From NCBI GenBank assembly GCA_051362555.1, contig CM120647.1, positions 20,064,651 to 20,128,650 on the forward strand: a DNA stretch of 64,000 bases. Direction: 5' to 3'. Position 1 is the stretch's first letter, and every line of letters begins with the position of its first letter. The stretch is from Lingula anatina (taxonomy: Eukaryota; Animalia; Brachiopoda). The position numbers and the translations under genes were made by a program. Below the pieces are notes generated by a model, which worked only from the letters and a program-made list of their open reading frames with translations, was not told the origin of the DNA and did not search any database. Of this stretch, positions 60,688 through 64,000 are shown in pieces.

Positions 60688-63505
60688 TCATTTCTCATCT
60701 TCCTCATCTTTGAGGATAAGCTTTTGTAAAGACTTCAGATCTTCTTCCTTAGCTTGTGGTCCTTCTTTAGTCGTGATATACCCACGATAGGTTTCCACGT
60801 GTTCTGGCTCGACGTGTAGGCGGGCGACTTCCTCTGGACCTGAGGCATGCAGCGGGATAAGCTTGACGTGGGCATAATCTACTGCCATCCCCTCACACAC
60901 CATGGCAACATTGGGAGTGTTGAAAGCCTTCTGAAGCAACTGACCCACTTTTCTGAAAAGAGGGAGGGAAATTCAACGGCCACACTGTTTTGACTGATGG
61001 AACACTGTATTTTTACACTGTATAAGAACATGTATGTTCTGAAGAATGACATAACAAGTATGAAGATGATTCTCAAGCAGCTGGTCCATCTTCCATCTTC
61101 AAGAAAGAAAGTGAAATATATGTAATGGCCAAATTTCAGTTTATTTTTTTATTATTTTTTTTTTATTGACAAAGGCAATTAAAAACATTTCAAATGCTTC
61201 ATTTTTCCACAAAGTTTACTGCTGGAAGTTTTTTCATTTTTCATTTTCACAAATTCACAACAAATTACTTTCTGAGACAAAACCAACAAATTTTGAATTA
61301 ACATTTTGCAAATTAACAAAAAAAAAAAAAAAAAACATATTTGAGGCAAAATTGCTCATTTATCCTGTTAGGAAGTTTAGGGTTAGTGTCAAAATTACAT
61401 TATTCCCAATACTTGGATCTTTTTCATTTATTTAAGTATTTCATAGCATTTTTAAGACTTGTTTCCATGGTATCACTCACTGTTGTCTCCATGGCAACAG
61501 TACTCACTATTGTAACCATGGTTACACTCACCTTGCTGCTAACATTAAAGAAACGTAGTCCTGTTCTTCTATTGCAGGAATGTTGCTTGATAACCGTTTC
61601 CGTGGCAACAGGACAGTAAAGCCCGGAGTGTTTGGAAAGGGAGTCAAAACAGCCACATGGTCTGTGTAGAAGACAGATCAAGAGAAAATTATTAATCATT
61701 TTTTTCCAGTATAATTTTGGAGTAGAAATTTAAATAGCAAAAGAAAACTCTCATCACGAAATGTAATGGGTACCTGTACAGGGTTGTATTTCCCATTTAC
61801 CCCATCCATTAGCAGTCTGTGACATTAACCACACCCATTTACCCCATTCACTAGCAGTCTGGGACATAAACCACAGGCACAGTTTCCAATGCCAGGACTT
61901 ATGTCTATAACATCTCTAATAATTTTTAATAATAAGACCTGTCCAGGCCTGAGGATATTTTCACAACTTTTAAGTTCATGTTTGTTCTAATAAATTCATT
62001 AAAGAGGGGCTACAGCAGCTCAACCATCTGTTGCTTAGTAATGTACAAACCTTCACTTTGCCAAATACGCCACTGCTGTACTTCCCCTCTGATGATTCGA
62101 CTGAAAAGATTATCATCTTTGGGGTTGCCATGAAAAGTGTAGTCTTCAACAAAAGGAGGTTGGCACTGTAGAATGGAAGACTTCACTGCATCGAGGGTAT
62201 CGTCCGAGGCCTTCGGTCCATCCTTGGTACTGGTGTAGCCTTTGTATTTGTCTGAGTATTCAAGGTCCTAGAATATTATTATATGTGCAATAATATGCAA
62301 GTATTATATTTTTATGTAGTTCAGTGGCATATCTGGGAATAAGTTGGGTTGGTATCTGTGGTGGATCCAGAGATATTTCTGATAGTCTTCCAAATTACCT
62401 TTGTTGATTCATCCTTCATTTTTGACCACCTTCCAACAGAAAAAAATCAGATGTCCACTAGTGTAACTTGAAAAATTCTGACTGTCTTCTGGGAGACCCA
62501 GATGACAGCTTGTCTGCCCCTGTGGTTGTACCCACTGGTATTACCATGTTTAAGTAATTACACCAAATAGTGAGTCTTTTTCCCTTAAACCGTACACAAA
62601 TTCAATCCAACTGTTTGGATCGATCAAAACCAATGCAGTTAGTTGGCTACATGGAGCGCAAGGGCTTTGATTAGATTACTCTTTTACCTAATGCACTTGC
62701 TATTTTAAGTCTGAATTTTTTTTCTTGTAGTTCTACGGTATCTGGCCTTGGTACTTAAAATCAAACATACCAATCAATATCTACTGTACATTACAGCACC
62801 ATGCAGAAAAAAAAATCCCACAGTAAAGGCTGATTTCATTGGTTGTACTACCTCTGAGATTATAGATGTCCATTGCTGAGCCAATCCATGCATTGGTAAC
62901 ACCCTTGTATGGACGTACTGATCATTGAGGACTTCTGCTATAATTGCACACCTGAAAAGAGTAATATTACAGACCTCAGTGCATAGATACTGTACATATA
63001 TGTAATTCAGGGGAAAGAGTTTTAGATCATTTTAAAACATGACTAGTGCTAGCCCCAGATTAAGTTGCATTGAGTGGGTTTTCTAGTTTACCTCTTTATT
63101 TTATTAATGTGTGTGTAAATTTACCCACTACATATCTATATATCCACATCTACTTAAAGCCTGTGTTTCCTTCTCTTGGTTGGGTCTTATCTTTATCAAA
63201 ACACTGGGAACTTAATTTGTATTGCACAGTATAAAAGGCAGCAAAGTTCAGTTTTACCGCATGACAAGGAGTGACTTTTCCAGCTTGAGAGAAATGGTTC
63301 TTGTCGCAAGCATCAAATCCACATATTCCTTTTCGGGAAGATTGAAAACACAACCCTGGGGGAGAGCCTTGGGGACCAGTACGGTTTCCCCAGGGCTGGC
63401 TTGAAATGGGTGTAGGAAAGCCAGGTGGCGGCTATCTTCCCATATCTCCCAGTGCCGTATTAAACCTGAGAGAATGTCCCGTAAAAGGTTTGGAAATCTG
63501 GACAT
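60688..63505 (-). CDS. Tandem double HIT-like domain protein (319 aa); exons 63505-63258, 62951-62852, 62267-62051, 61661-61532, 60952-60688
   Basis: GT-AG junctions in phase, 960 nt in total; in-frame stop upstream of the ATG. Two repeats of the HIT fold: IWEDSRHLAFLHPF..PGETVLVPK / NLFSRIIRGE..IWQSEDHVAVLTPFPNTPGFTVLLPRK; YVHTRVLPMH / YAHVKLIPLH; YKGYTSTKDGP / YRGYITTKEGP. Confidence 0.88.
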
Positions 63506-64000
63506 GGTATTTCAACTGATATTTGTTTGGAAAATCTGAAAAGAAATATGAAATATGTCTAAAATTATGAAATCAATTTAATAGAAAAACCTGGACATGA
63601 CAAAAATGAATCTGGAAACATTGGTAAATACTAGTACACAGTACAGGGTACCATGACATGTACTGCTAACTGTCAGGCTCACATTCACTGACATACCGTG
63701 TAGCTATTTAGTCCCCGGTCACTTTAATAGCACACGCACGGCGAACGTGCGTGTGCCCCCGACAGTGTTAATGATAGGGGGATTACGATAGACAGCGCAA
63801 GTCGCTCACAGCGGGAGTCACTATCGCCGCTATTAGGCCGGTAATTAAGTCTTTAACTTGACTAAACATGTTTCGCTTTGTAACTTGCGTCCTTCAGTCT
63901 TGCTGTTGCGGAAGCGCCGGCGAGAAATATCTCCACCTTGCCGATATTTATCCCGACTCCCGACTTGAAAAGTAAAATTGGTTTTGATTTTATCAAAGTC

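Overview
AT-rich, repeat-laden, intron-containing animal genomic DNA, most likely a marine invertebrate (lophotrochozoan-like); it is not prokaryotic. Host genes reconstructed by hand from GT-AG junctions: (i) four tandem 3-exon secreted single-domain pentraxin genes on the minus strand (1392-33008), in all of which the usual Ca-binding loop is replaced by a G-H-T-H motif; (ii) a divergently oriented 2-exon, ~1874-aa mosaic receptor (signal peptide, CUB-like x2, C-type lectin, LDLa x~6, LRR, degenerate 7TM; GRL101/LGR-like) at 35855-57322; (iii) a 5-exon gene for a 319-aa tandem double-HIT-domain protein (60688-63505, minus). Pentraxin copies 1 and 2 lie in a tandem duplication whose junction is visible near 8552, so the paralogous site can be used to check several insertions. 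Mobile DNA includes an intron-containing Gypsy-integrase (GIN/Ginger-like) relic, Tc1 relics, an RTEX-like LINE nested in an RTE LINE nested in a CCTATAGG-repeat element carrying BEN-like remnants, an IS3EU-like foldback, tRNA-derived SINEs and several MITEs. All alignments and domain calls are by eye; no database searches were run.
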